From Octopus sinensis (Eukaryota): 64,000 nt of DNA. Both the position numbers and the translations under genes were made by a program. The stretch covers positions 16,306,001-16,370,000 of the forward strand of contig NC_042999.1 in assembly GCF_006345805.1 (NCBI RefSeq), given 5' to 3'. A model generated the notes under the pieces. It saw only the letters and a list, made by a program, of their open reading frames with translations, made no database searches and was not told the origin of the DNA. Shown piece after piece: positions 1-13,676 of the stretch (the first letter of the stretch is position 1; the number at the start of each line of letters is the position of its first letter).

Positions 1-293
1 TCCTGTTTCTTTCATATCACAGTAATTATGTTCTTGTATCAATTGTTATTTATCTTTTTAGTTAGTTTTTTTTTGTTTTTCTTCATTTCATTATTTGATT
101 GTTTGTTAATTGATGTGTTTATTTATTATTCGTTATCGCTAACCAACTAGAATTCTGGAGAATGTTCCCAAAGTATTATTCAAATGGTCTGATCACCGCA
201 CATATGTATATAGATATAGACACACACACACACAAATATATACACACACACAAAGATATGTATGTGTGTGTGTATTAATATATATGCATGTCT

Positions 294-461
294 GCAGGAG
301 TGGTTGTGTGGTAAGTAGCTTGCTTACCAACCACATGGTTCTGGGTTCATTCCCATTGGATGGCACCTTGGGCAAGTGTCTTCTACTATAGCCTCAGGCT
401 GACCAAAGCCTTGTGAGTGGATTTGGTAGACGGAAACTGAAAGAAGCTTATCGTATATATG

Positions 462-519
<58 letters not shown>

Positions 520-728
520 TTTGCCTGTGTTTCTCCCCCTCACAACATCGTTTGACATGCGATGCTGATGTTCTTACGTTCTCATAACTTAGCAGTTCGG
601 CAAAAAGAGACTGAAGGAACAAGTACCAGGCTTACAAGGAATAAGTCCTGGGGTTGATCTGCTTGACTAAAATGCAGTGCCCCAGCATGGTCACAATCAA
701 ATGACTGAAACAGGTAAAAGAGTAAAGG
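294..728 (+). mobile_element. SINE family A (tRNA-like head, CORE-like GGCACCTTGGGCAAG segment, internal (TG)n, (TAAAAG)n tail)
   Basis: Head gcaggagtggttgtgtggtaag...gggttcattccc, then body and a 3' cagcatggtcacaatcaaatgactgaaac...gtaaaagagtaaag; the same sequence recurs more than 15 times in the window. Confidence 0.85.
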
Positions 729-1096
729 AATATATAATATATATATATATATATACACACACACATATATATATAAATAAATATATACACATATACCTGT
801 AAATACATATATACATGCATACATATATACATATATTTACATACATATGTATATATGTGTGTATATATACATATATATATTTGTATATATATATACACAC
901 ACATATATATATGTGTGTATGTGTGTATGTATATATACACATATATATGTCTACACATATATACATGTGTATGTATATATATTTATATACATATGCATAT
1001 ATATACACACACATACACACATATATACCCATGCCAGCATGGAAGATGGATGTTAAATAACGATGATGAAGATATATATATATATATGTGTGTGTA

Positions 1097-1129
<33 letters not shown>

Positions 1130-1610
1130 TGTTTTTATCTCTTGATAACAGTCAGGTGCAACTTATGAGAAACAACTATAAGGAAATATTGAGGAATATG
1201 GTTGTGAGCTGTCTGGATGTTGTTAGAATAAATAAGAATGATGGCTTACATAATGGAATTTTACCGATTATTTTTAGCGTTATATTTATCTGTTACTTTT
1301 TTTTTTTGTCTTTTCAAGTATTTGTAAGAACACTCTGTCAAGTCTTTTTAAATTCTATTGACTATCAAATGTATAGCATTTGAAATGTGAGAGAAGAAAT
1401 AGAAAAAAAGGTGAAGGAAAGAGAATAGAAAAATGTGAGAGGGAGAAAGACAGAAATAGAGAGTGATGAAGAGAGAGAGAGAGAGAGAGAAAGAGGGGGA
1501 AGATGGGGAAATACAAATGCTTCAAAGAAGGAAAATTGTGTGAAAAATGTGTATTTTTTTATATACGGATGATACCATTATAGTTATCACAAAAATCTCA
1601 CTAATCGTTC

Positions 1611-1681
<71 letters not shown>

Positions 1682-1745
1682 TAATAATAGTAGTAGTAGT
1701 AGTAATAATAATATTGATAATAATAATAATAATAATAATAATAAT
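1611..1745. repeat. (AAT)n microsatellite
   Basis: Direct reading; similar tracts at 48020-48185, 52405-52490, 52900-52975 and 53195-53300. Confidence 0.95.
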
Positions 1746-1852
1746 CCTTTTTGCTATACCAGTTGTGTACTGGGGTCGATCTAATGGACTGACCCCCTCT
1801 CCCAAAATTTCGGGCCTTGTGGCTAGAGTGGAAATGAATAATGTTCGTACAA

Positions 1853-2072
1853 AGGTGGCGAGCTGGCAGAATCGTTAGCATGCCAGACAAAACGCTTAGC
1901 AGTACTTCGTCAGTCTTTACGTTCTGAGTTCAAACTCCACCGACGTCAACTTTGCCTTTCATCCATTCAGGGCTCAATAAATTAAGTACCAGTTACATAG
2001 TGGGGTTGATCTAATTGACTGGTCCCCTCCCCAAAAATTTTGGTCCTTGTGCCTAGAGTAGAAAAGACTATT
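1853..2072 (+). mobile_element. SINE family B (Nin/Deu-domain-like), short-tail variant
   Basis: ggtggcgagctggcagaatcgttagc head; central ctttgcctttcatcc...aattaagtaccag resembles the Nin/Deu SINE domain; ends gtgcctagagtagaaaag. Confidence 0.7.
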
Positions 2073-2377
2073 TATCTATTTACATCCACGTGGAATTTGT
2101 TTCATATTACATTTAACTACAGTGTAGTTAACTCTGATTTTTCTAATGTTGAGTCAATTCATTCTTTTGTATTTTTTCCTTTTTTTTGTTCCTTTGCCTC
2201 TTCTGTTTCATGTGACATTTAGAATAAAATTAGCAGAGAGGCTTTTATTTATTTATCTATTTTTTGTTTTTGTGAATGAATGCATTACTTACTCTCTAAT
2301 TAAAGACAATTTCTTTATTAACAAAATCTGATAAACTTCATTGATCAATTTTTTTGTTTTGCTTAATTATATATACT

Positions 2378-2884
<507 letters not shown>

Positions 2885-3227
2885 GAGAGAGAGAGAGAGA
2901 GATTATGTACATATGTTAGTGTGCATGCACGTGTGCCATTGTGTCTGTGCCTGTGTGTGTAGTCACAAGCATGGCTATGTGCTTAAGAAGCTCACTATGT
3001 AACCATGTGGTATTGGGTACAGTCACACCACATGGCACTGTAGCCTTGGGTTGACCAATGCCTTGTGGGTGAATTTCGTTCATAGAAACTGCACAGAAGC
3101 TCATCATATATACAATATAGATATATATCACTTGTAGAAAATATAAATCCCAAGAAGAGGCACACTCTAAGATGTAGAGCAGTAAATATCAAAAATGGTG
3201 AAGGCTGCTTTATGGAATTAATTTAGG

Positions 3228-3383
3228 TTTCCCATCTGTAAAGGGTTTAGCTTTATGGTACATCGTCAGACCCAAAAACCTGTTGGCCTATAACCGCTTC
3301 AAAATATTTTGAAGAGGTCATAGGTCAACAGGTTTTGGGGTCTGACGATGTACTATAAAGCTAAGCCCTTTATGAATGGGAAC
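3228..3383. repeat. ~155-bp imperfect palindrome (fold-back)
   Basis: Centre aaaat|atttt at 3305/3306; arms catcgtcagaccc / gggtctgacgatg. Confidence 0.9.
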
Positions 3384-4870
3384 TCAGAATGTAACAACAG
3401 ACGAAATACCTATTTCTTTATTACCCACTAGGGGCTAAACATAGAGGGGACAAACAAGGACAGACAAACAGATTAAGTCGATTTTATCAACCCAGAGCAT
3501 AACTGGTACTTATTTAATTGGCCCCGAAAGGATGAAAGGCAAAGTTGACCTCAGTGGAGTTTGAACTCAGAACGTAGCGGCAGACGAAATACGATATGCA
3601 TTTTGCCTGGCATGCTAATGTTTCTGCCAGCTCGCTGCCTTTCAGCTTCCATTTATCAAATCCCCTCATAAGTCTTTGGACAGTCTGAGGCTATTTTAGA
3701 AGACACCCCAAGGTGTCACATAGTAGGTCTGAACCTGGAACCATCTGGTTGTAAAACAAACTTCATACCTATTTCTTTACTACCCACAAGGGGCTAAACA
3801 CAGAGAGGACAAACAAGGACAGACAAACAGATTAAGTCGATTTTATCGACCCCCAGAGCATAACTGGTACTTATGTAATGACCCCGAAAGGATGAAAGGC
3901 AAAGTTGGCCTCGGCGGAATTTGAACTCAGAACGTAGCGGCAGACGAAATACCTATTTCTTTACTACCAACAAGGGGCTAAACACAGAAAGGACAAACAA
4001 GGACAGACAAACGGATTAAGTCGATTTTATCGACCCCCAGAGCATAACTGGTACTTATGTAATTGACCCCGAAAGGATGAAAGGCAAAGTTGACCTCGGC
4101 GGAATTTGAACTCAGAACATAATGGCAGACGAAATACCGATAAGCATTTCGCCCGGCGTGTTAAAGTTTCTGCCATCTTGCCGCCTTTCAGTTTCCATTT
4201 ATCAAATCCCCTCATAAGTCTTTGGACAGTCTGAGGTTATAGTAGAAGACACCCAAGGTGCCACATAGCAAGTCTGAACTTGGAACCATCTGGTTGTGAA
4301 GCAAACTTCATACCTATTTCTTTGCTACCCACAAGGGGCTAAACACAGAGAAGACAAACAAGGACAGACAAACAGATTAAGTCGATTTTATCGACCCCAG
4401 AGCGTAACTGGTATTTATTTAATTGGCCCCAAAAGGATGAAAGGCAAAGTCGACCTCGGCAGAATTTGAACTCAGAACCTAGCGGCAGACGAAATACCTA
4501 TTTCTTTGCTACCCACAAGGGGCTAAACCCAGAGAGGACAAACAAGGACAGACAAACGGATTAAGTCGATTATATCGGTCCCAGCATGTAACTGGTACTT
4601 ATATAATTGACCCTGAAAGGATGAAAGGCAAAGTCAACCTCGGCAGAATTTGAACACAGAATGTAGCAGCAGACGAAATACCGATAAGCATTTTGCCCAG
4701 CGCGCTAACCTTTCTGCCAGCTTGCTGCCTTTCAGTTTCCATTTATTGAATCCCCTCATAAGTCTTTGGACAGTCTGAGGCTATAGTAGAAGACACCTAA
4801 AGTGCTACATAGCAGGACTGAACCTGGAACCATCTGGTTGTGAAGCAAACATCTTACCACACAGCCATGC
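3384..4870 (-). repeat. Higher-order tandem repeat (~545-bp period) of SINE B monomers plus a SINE A fragment
   Basis: tatttcttt anchors at 3411, 3770, 3954, 4315 and 4499 (spacings 359, 184, 361, 184). Confidence 0.9.
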
Positions 4871-5571
4871 CTTCACCCATATATATTCTAAATATTCCTG
4901 CTTTTAACTTAACCACAGCCCAATTAATGCTATCTCATCCATCATCATGAAGATCTGACTTGATAGTCATAATCTATGTAGAATACTTTACATTTTATTC
5001 TATTCAATTCCGGTTCGTCCATTATTCTTTCCTTGTTTGATTTCGACCAAAGCGCAAAAAAATATATAAATATTAGTTAATTTTGCAATTAGGTAAATAT
5101 GCTTAAATTGATACACCCAATAAATAATAGATTTAATTAGCTCTGGAATGCCTACCAAATACATGTTAATAACTTGCTACCAAGCGCGTATTTTCTATGT
5201 TTGCACATTGTGATTTAAAAGGTTGCTTGTAATTATATGCTTGTAAAGAATGGGAATGACTTTTTATCTATCAGATGTTTGTTGCTTCTCGTGTGAGTAT
5301 ATATATGTGAGTATGTGTGTATATTTGTGTGTATGTGTGTGTGTTTTTGAATATATATATATATATATATACATATATATATGTGTGTGTGTATATATAT
5401 ATATATATATAATATGTATATATATGCATACATACATTATATGTATATATATATATATATGTATGCATATATATATATATGTATGTATATATGTAGGTAT
5501 ATATATATATGTCCCTGTATGTATGTGTGTATATGTATGCATGTATATCTCTCTCCCTCTCTCTCTCTGTA

Positions 5572-5612
<41 letters not shown>

Positions 5613-5645
5613 ATATGTATATACATATACATATGTGTTTATATG

Positions 5646-5678
<33 letters not shown>

Positions 5679-5845
5679 GCATGTATGTATTCGTATGGTG
5701 TTTGTTGTATTGCTTAATACTTCATTAAGTTATAAGGTCACACTGCCAATTGCATACATACACACTTACATACATATACAGATAAATACATACACATATT
5801 TACTTGCATGTATACCTGCATATATAATATACATACAACATGCAC

Positions 5846-5883
<38 letters not shown>

Positions 5884-6419
5884 TATACATACATACATAA
5901 ATATAATTATATATATATATTCTTGGATAGAGGGAGAGAGAGGAAAGGAAAAAAAGAGAGTGAGAAAGAGAGAAAGAGAAGAAGGGCAAAAAAAGCCAAA
6001 ATTAGTAAGAAATTAGAGAACAAATGATGCAGGCTGCTGATTTAGTTGTTAGTGTTGTTATAAATATGAACTAGTTACCAAAAGAACTAATAAATTAATC
6101 CCCTAAAGAACAGGAATGGATAATATCATTTCTAGCAGAAAATAGGCTACCATGTCTAATGGCACAACAGAAAAGCAAAAAAAAACAAAAAAAAACAAAC
6201 AAAATGAAGTTAATTGTGCCATTTTGCTACACCATTTTAGCCAGTCTAGAAAATTATTTTCTGTGTCTGGAGAACAGATTCCACACATTTTATAGACAGA
6301 CACATGCAAAAGCTTTCATAATCAATACCTTTGTAGATACATGTAGGGACGATAGGTCATGGTGGAACCATTCAAAAGATTTATAAATTTACGTACACAT
6401 CTTTTCACACAAACACACA

Positions 6420-6603
6420 TGCATACATACATACATGCATACATACATACATACATGCATACATACATACATACATACATACATACATACATACATACAT
6501 ACATACATACATACGTACATACATACATACATACATACATACATACATACATACGTACATACATACATACATACATATATACATACATACATATGTACAT
6601 ACA

Positions 6604-6635
<32 letters not shown>
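6420..6635. repeat. (TACA)n microsatellite
   Basis: Direct reading; source of several Y/I/H/T and M/Y/V/C ORFs. Confidence 0.95.
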
Positions 6636-6659
<24 letters not shown>

Positions 6660-6737
6660 CGTACATGATGATGATGATGTATGTATGTATGTATGTATAT
6701 ATATATATACATATATGTATGTATATATATATATATA

Positions 6738-7023
6738 TATACTTTATTTAAAGCAGCAGAAAATTCAACAAAACCTGTTACTCTGAGTTTCACGTTGCCG
6801 TTCATCGGACAGTTTTTGCAAAACAAAGTGGAAAAAATAGTACTCGAATACTAGAGACAGTGTAACATGCTTTATTAAAAAGCAGCAAAAATATCACAAA
6901 AACTGTTCAGAGTTTCACATTCTCATTCGATGGACAATTTTGTTGAGGAAAAACTGTCCAATGAAAGGGAACGTGAAACTCTGAGTAACAGTTTTTGTGG
7001 TATTTTTGCTACTTTTCAATAAA

Positions 7024-7028
<5 letters not shown>
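6738..7028. mobile_element. Inverted-repeat element (~80-bp arms plus an internal third copy) carrying HHR-like motifs
   Basis: Left arm tatactttatttaaagcagc...ggacagtttt; right arm aaaactgtcc...tcaataaagtata; flanked by (TA)n. Confidence 0.75.
6775..6812 (-). ncRNA. Minimal type I hammerhead-like motif (U4C core variant)
   Basis: Minus strand reads ctgt-CCGATGA-acg gcaa cgt-GAAA-ctc a gag-TA-acag; stems I and II pair, stem III is near-palindromic. Confidence 0.6.
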
Positions 7029-7054
<26 letters not shown>

Positions 7055-7082
7055 TATATATATGTGTGTGTGTGTGTGTGTT

Positions 7083-7276
7083 CTTTTATTCTTTTACTTG
7101 TTTCTGTCATTTGACTGGCCATGCTAGAGCACTATCTTAAGTCATACAAATCGGCCTCAGCACTTAGTCTTTGTAATCCTAGTACTTATTCTATCAGCCT
7201 CTTTTGCTGAACTGCCAAGTTACAGGGACATAAACACACCAACATCGGTTCTGAAGCGACGGTGGGGAGGCACACA

Positions 7277-7312
<36 letters not shown>

Positions 7313-7512
7313 CACACACACATACACATACACACATACATAAATATGACAGGCTTCATTCAGTTTATATCTACTGAATCCACTCACAATAATTTGGTTG
7401 GCCTGAGGCTTTAGTAGAAGTCAGTGGCCCAAGTTTCCATGCATTGGGACTGAACCTTGAACCATGTGATTGGGAAGCAAGCTTCTTACCACACAGCCAC
7501 GCTGCACCTATA
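7083..7512 (-). mobile_element. SINE family A
   Basis: Similarity to the other copies, with internal (CA)n. Confidence 0.8.
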
Positions 7513-7544
7513 CACAGCCACATGCACACACACACACATATATA

Positions 7545-7922
7545 TATTCGAGCAAAACGCCCCCCCCCCATTCAATGGACGGTGCTGAGTTGTCAAACAT
7601 TTAAACCAAATTTTCTCAAAACAACTTGTCCGACCATCACATAGGTCTCCCCTTTGAGAAACACTGATTCAACCTAAATTTGAGACACCAGCAAAAGACA
7701 GATTTCGACTGATGTACTTGTGCATACAAATGCTCATTCCCATGGCTTTATCGATCGCATTCTCACCTGGAATCGATTTTTGTAATTTTTTCAAGACTTA
7801 TACACACCCTGATACCGTCGGTATCTACAAATCAAATTTGAGCGCAAGTCGATGGAGGATGCCTGAGATCCTAGAAGACACACACACAGACAGACAGAAC
7901 GGATTTTATATAATAGATATAT
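7545..7922 (+). mobile_element. Helitron/Helentron-like non-autonomous element end
   Basis: aaatttgagcgcaagtcgatgg...(acag)n...ttttatataatagat resembles the ends of Lep1/HINE-type elements; recognised by pattern only. Confidence 0.4.
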
Positions 7923-8046
7923 GTTAATGGTAAAAATTAGTGAACTCTTCCAAGAGTTCCCAGGTTTAAATTATATCTTATATTGTATCAGCTCATTGTT
8001 ATTCCAGTGAGTAAACCCCCAACACTTTTGACATTGTTATGCTTAT

Positions 8047-8446
8047 ATATTTGTTTTGCAAGATTTTTGATGTGAATTGTGTGTTGAAACAGATATTGTT
8101 GTATTTAGGAATGGTCATTTTGCCAGTTTAGCCAATAAAAACACACGCACTAACTAAACATAGACACACATAATGGTATACGTATGCACAAATGAAGACA
8201 CATACAATAGGAATACAAAATACAAAATGGCTGACCGTTAGTAAGGAGAGACACACAAATAAGAAAGAATAAAGCAAAGGACCACTGATGAGGTCACAGG
8301 AGTGTGACGAAAGAACTCTGGCCGAAATATGATTAAGATTAATGTAAAAAATAAATAACGCTGAAGCAAAGTAACACCAAATATATAGTGCGTGTGTTTT
8401 TATTGGCTAAACTGGCAAAATAGCCATTCCTAAATATGACAATAAC
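8047..8446. mobile_element. Inverted-repeat element (59-bp arms 8094-8152 / 8386-8444) with an HHR-like core in the loop
   Basis: Arms are direct reverse complements; the loop has CTGATGA (8285-8291)-ggtca...tggcc-GAAA (8324-8327). Confidence 0.7.
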
Positions 8447-8734
8447 TTTTGACGTTCTATAGTTTTTTTGGACGATGCTTTAAGCCATAATTTTTCCTTT
8501 TTTGGAAATTTTCACTTGCTTCCAATTCATTTTTGTGCTTTCGCTTTATAACAAGCCAATAGATAAGAACAATAAGCTCCTGGTAACTGTGAGCAACAGT
8601 CTTTCTATAGAAACAACATAGCATTTAATCTTGTGTTCTAGATATTTTCAGGAACCATCCATGCAATTTTCTGCTGTCACTTTTAGTTATACATTCAAGT
8701 ACATCAGCATCAAAATAAAAATTCAAATGGAAAT

Positions 8735-9541
8735 TGTAGTTAAGACACCCATGCTGGTGACACGTAAAAAGCACCGTCTGAACGTGGCAGTCACCAGCGC
8801 TGCCTGACTGGCGTCTGTGTTGGTGACAGGTTAAAGCACCAACTGATCAGGGCCATTTGCCTGCCTGCTCTGGCCCCTGTGCCAGTGGCATGTGAAAAAC
8901 ACCCACTACACTCACGGAGTGGTTGGCATTAGGAAGGGGATCCAGCTGTAGAAACATTGCCAAATCAGACTAGAGCCTGGTGCAGCCTCTATGGCTTCCA
9001 GACCCCGGTCAAACCGTCCAAGCCATCAGTGCCGCCTGACTGGTGTCTCTGTTGGTGATACGTAAAAGCACCAACTGATTGGGGCCGTTTGCCAGCCTGC
9101 TCTGGCCCCTGTGCTGGTGACACGTAAAAAACACCCACTACACTCACAGAGTGGTTGGCGTTAGGAAGGGCATCCAGCTGTAGAAACACTGCCAAATCAG
9201 ACTGGAGCCTGGTGCAGCCTCCATGGCTTCCAGACCCCGGTCGAACCATCCAACCCGTCAGTGCCGCCTGACTGGCATCCGTGTCGGTGATACGTAAAAG
9301 CACCAACTGATCGGGGCCGTTTGCCAGCCTCCTCTGGCCCCTGTGCCGGTGGCATGTAAAAAACACCCACTACACTCACGGAGTGGTTGGCGTTAGGAAG
9401 GGCATCCAGCTGTAGAAACACTGCCAAATCAGACTAGAGCCTGGTGCAACCTCCATGGCTTCCATACCCCGGTCGAACCGTTCAACCCATGCTAGCATGG
9501 AAAACGGACCTTAAATGATGTTGATGATGATGATGATGATG
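8735..9541 (+). mobile_element. Family C element with three tandem 232-bp internal units and a (GAT)n tail
   Basis: ccagctgtagaaac at 8942, 9174 and 9406; ends ccatgctagcatggaaaacggaccttaaatgatg(atg)n. Confidence 0.85.
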
Positions 9542-10642
9542 TTTCATGAAATGATTTGATATTATTTGATCATTGTAATTCTTTTTCCTTGATGTTGCAC
9601 AAATTTTGTCTCTGGGTTTGGATTTACTTCTCTCAACCCTATGTTTTCAAGTAACAATGTGTTAGCAGGTTGATAGTAAAGTGTTTGCAACTTTACAACC
9701 ATTTAATTGCATGTTGTTTTCATTTGCCTGTCTGTACATGGCACGTTATCTCTTAATATTGTTTTTTCTTTGATTTTGTGACTACATTTGCATTCTGCAA
9801 AAAGAATATCAGGATTCAATGAAAAACAGGAATTTTCATATTTTCCTTGTTCATATTGATTTAAATTTTCCCCAACATCTAAAAGTGGTATTAGAATTTC
9901 ATGGATGCATATGTTAAAAAAATTTGTTTAATCTTGCCATGATTTGATGATAATTTTTAAAAGATGAGTTAATTCCCAGCGCTATAATGCATCTAAACCA
10001 TATCAACATTCCTGGATCCCCACCATCAATTTATCGCACAAAGCCTTACTGATATAAAAGAAATTATATTTTTGGATTATTCTCTGGCACTTTTTAAGAA
10101 TTTGTTGTTTTACATTTTCCTTTTTTTTTTTTATTTATTTATGAAGCCTACCACTTTCCTTTTTTAACTTGTTTCTGTTCTTTCCTTGTTTGTATTTGCA
10201 ATTTAAAAAATTTTTTTTTTTGTCATGGAGGTAATTAAAATGCAGACCAGAGCGACAGACTGGCATTTGTGTTTTCTAAAGTAAAATCTGCTTCAATTCC
10301 AGGACAGTCTCTGAAAGCCAAGAGAAATGGAAAAAAAAGGAAAAGTTTTTTAAAAAGTGTATAACAATAATGGTATAAAGATTTTAAATGTGTCAAAATT
10401 TAGGAAGTTAAAATAAATTAATATTTCAGAAAATGAGAATTGTAATGACTAAGATGGATAAAATACAAACTTAAGAATGAAATTGCACCTTTACATACAT
10501 ACATACACACACATACATATGAACATACATATATCTATATATCTATGTCTATCTATCTATATATCTATATCTATATCTATATCTATATAAGAAATATTGA
10601 ATTTCTAAATCTCTCGTAGAGACATGTACGGTGGTGGGGGCG

Positions 10643-10911
10643 ATAGAATGGTTGTATACTGTCAATCTAACAAGAACGTGACAGTAGGGGGTACACCACC
10701 GCTGTATAGCCCTAGGAAGCATCGAACGCCTCCTGATAGCTTTGACACATTTTTTCCGGGTGTTTGTCTCCCCTTCGTATATGTATATAAGGACACAGGG
10801 AAAAAATGTGTCAAAGCTATCGGAGGCTTCGATGCTTCCTAGGGCTATACAGCGGTGGTGTACCCCCTACTGTCACGTTCTTGTTAGATTGACAGTATAC
10901 AACCATTCTAT
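10643..10911. repeat. Near-perfect inverted repeat, ~115-bp arms with a ~41-bp spacer
   Basis: atagaatggttgtatac...cattttttcc / ggaaaaaatg...gtatacaaccattctat. Confidence 0.95.
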
Positions 10912-10927
10912 ATCTATATATTATCTA

Positions 10928-10975
<48 letters not shown>

Positions 10976-11211
10976 GTGTGTGTGTGTGTGTTGTGTGTGT
11001 GTGTGTGTGTGTGACCCGCGTGTGTACCGTTGGCGATGTTTTTTCTCTGGCTTCCCTTCTTTGGATCTTTCCTTTTCCTATGTTTCTGACGAAGAGCTCT
11101 GCTCGAAATGTTAAAACCCTCCTTCTTTACTTCCTTCCTGAGCATCCAATAATACTATACTTGTTCCACGTCCTCGCGTTGTTGTGTTTCCTCTTTGTAG
11201 ATTAACTATAT

Positions 11212-11278
<67 letters not shown>

Positions 11279-11980
11279 AGAGATATCAAATTAAATACAC
11301 AACTGAAAGTGCTACTAATAGTTTCATGCTATTATGACACTCGAACAAGCATATTTATGATATATTCCATGTATTTTAAAGCAATCTTTGAGGCTCTGTT
11401 CATGCATTATATATATATATATCATCATCATCGTTTAACGTTCGCTTTCCATGCTAGCATGGGTATATATATATATATATATATATATATAACTGTGTGT
11501 GTGTGTGTGTGTGTGCGTGTGTGATGATGGTGACAATAGATAAATATATATAAATTTTACTCTTAATGCACCTGAAGAAAATGTTTTTTTTTTACATGAT
11601 GTAATTGCTTTGTTCATCAATAAAGGATGTTTGAAACAGCTGTAGTGAACCTCAGCCAATGTGTGTTATTGTTTATATATATATAAATGAAAGTCTTTGC
11701 GAAAAATTACTTAATACATTTTTTTAGTATAAAAGAGATTTAAAAAATTTATTTATTAAAAATGTTATAAAATCTTTTATTAGGATGTTCGTAACCTTTT
11801 TTGGAAGAAGTTTTTTTCCTAGTGTGTGAGTGCTTTCGATTATATATATATTATACATGGTTGTACTCAGTCAGTCATTTCACCTGGCTTGGTTTTAGAG
11901 TCCTGCTGCTGATGAGGATCATATATAAACACATGCCTCTGATAAAGTCACTTCTGAAGATACGTTAGTCTTTCTAAAAA

Positions 11981-12270
11981 TCATCATCATCATTGTTTAA
12001 CGTCCGTTTTCCATGCTAGCATGGGTTGGACGATTCGAATGAGGTCTGGAGAGCCAGTGGTGCACCAGGATCCAATCTGATCTGGCAATGTTTCTACAGC
12101 TGGATGCTCTTCCTAATGCCAACCATTCCGAGAGTGTAGTGGGTGGTTTTTACATGTCACTGGCACAGGAGGCAGTCAGGTGGGCTTGGCATTGATCATA
12201 TTCAGATAGTGCTTTTTATGTGCCACCGGCACGGGAGCCAGTCAGTGGGTACTGGCATTGACCATGTTAT
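11981..12270 (-). mobile_element. Family C element
   Basis: (CAT)n followed by gtttaacgtccgttttccatgctagc and ctggatgctcttcctaatgcc. Confidence 0.8.
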
Positions 12271-12410
12271 TAAATAAATATTAAATACAGTATTAATTAA
12301 CGTCACCTGGCAAAACAGCAATAATGTTCATACCATACTGTAGTTCCAGGTTGTATCAATCGGTATTTGTCTCCGGGAAATAAATAAAAGAGGAACAGAA
12401 GCATATAATC

Positions 12411-12686
12411 TGTTGTTGTTTGTTCCTTCTCAAGCCATGCCTGGCTCATAGGGCCAGTTTCCCGGTTTCCTTGGCGTATAGGTTCCCCACCAGGACAGGA
12501 CACCTGCAAGATGCAGGAGGAAAGAGTGAGAGAAAACTGTGGCGAAAGAGTCAGCAGAAGTTCGCTGAGCCATATAGAGCTTAGGTCTTTCGCTCATGAA
12601 CACACACATCACCTGGTCTGAGATTCCAACCCACAATCCTTCGACCATGAGTCCGCTGCTCTAACCACTATACCATGTGCCTCCAC
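12411..12686 (-). mobile_element. tRNA-headed SINE (head shared with the 13282 element, different tail)
   Basis: Minus strand gtggaggcacatggtatagtggttagagcagcggactc...; ends in an (AAC)n tail. Confidence 0.75.
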
Positions 12687-12811
12687 TTAAATGTATATAC
12701 ATGTAATAATTAAAACCTAGGCTACCCTGGGTTGTTTTTATGTTAGCCTAAGAATTCAGTAAATTGTTAGAGAAACCTAGGCTGCTTTTATACTAGAAAA
12801 ATAATTTGAAA

Positions 12812-13157
12812 TACCATCCGAACGTGGCCGTTGCCAGCGCTGCCCCGACTGGCCTTGTGCCGGTGGCATGTAAAAAGCACCATCCGATTGTGGCCGTTTG
12901 CCAGCCTCGTCTGGCACGTAAAAAGCACCATCCGATCGTGGCCGTTTGCCAGCCTTGTCTGGCACCTGTGCTCGTGGCACGTAAAAAGCACCCACTACAC
13001 CCATGGAGTGGTTGGCGTTAGGAAGGGCATCCAGCTGTAGAAACATTGCCAGATCAGACTGGGCCTGGTGCAGCCTTCTGGCTTCCCAGACCCCAGTTTT
13101 ACCGTCCAACCCATGCCAGCATGGAAAGCGGATGCTAAATGAAGATGATGATGATGA
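12812..13157 (+). mobile_element. Family C element with internal gtggcacgtaaaaagcacc subrepeats
   Basis: Similarity to the other copies; (GAT)n tail. Confidence 0.8.
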
Positions 13158-13281
13158 CTGTACTGTTGCCTATTCATGTCAAACAATTGATGGCTGACAT
13201 TGGTGTTACTTGTTGAGGCTGGTGTAGAAGGAATGATTGTGGTTTTATAAAACTGGCTACATTTAGATTGTATCTATTAAA

Positions 13282-13676
13282 AGTGGAGGCGCAATGGCCC
13301 AGTGGTTAGGGCAGAGGACTCGCGGTCATAAGATCACGGTTTCGATTCCCAGACCGGGCGTTTGTGAGTGTTTATTGAGCGAAAACACCTAAAAGCTCCA
13401 CGAGGCTCCGGCAGGGGATGGTGGTGATCCCTGCTGTACTCTTTCCCCACAAGTTTCTCTCACTCTTACTTCCTGTTTCTGTTGTACCTGTATTTCAAAG
13501 GGCCGGCCTTGTCACTCTCTGTGTCACGCTGAATATCCCCGAGAACTACGTTAAGGGTGCACGTGTCTGTGGAGTGCTCAGCCACTTACACGTTAATTTC
13601 ACGAGCAGGCTGTTCCATTGATTCGGATCAACCGGAACCCTCATCGTCGTAACTGACGGAGTGCTTCCATCCATCC
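13282..13676 (+). mobile_element. Intact tRNA-derived SINE with a 10-bp target-site duplication
   Basis: A box tggcccagtggttagg, B box gtttcgattccc, (TCCA)n tail; ATCTATTAAA at 13272-13281 and 13677-13686. Confidence 0.9.

Noticed and set aside
3338-3383. CTGACGA core within the palindrome arms
   Set aside because: No GAAA is placed so that stems I-III close
13282-13355. tRNA gene
   Set aside because: Only A/B boxes are kept; it continues into a SINE body with tail and TSD, and there is no closed cloverleaf
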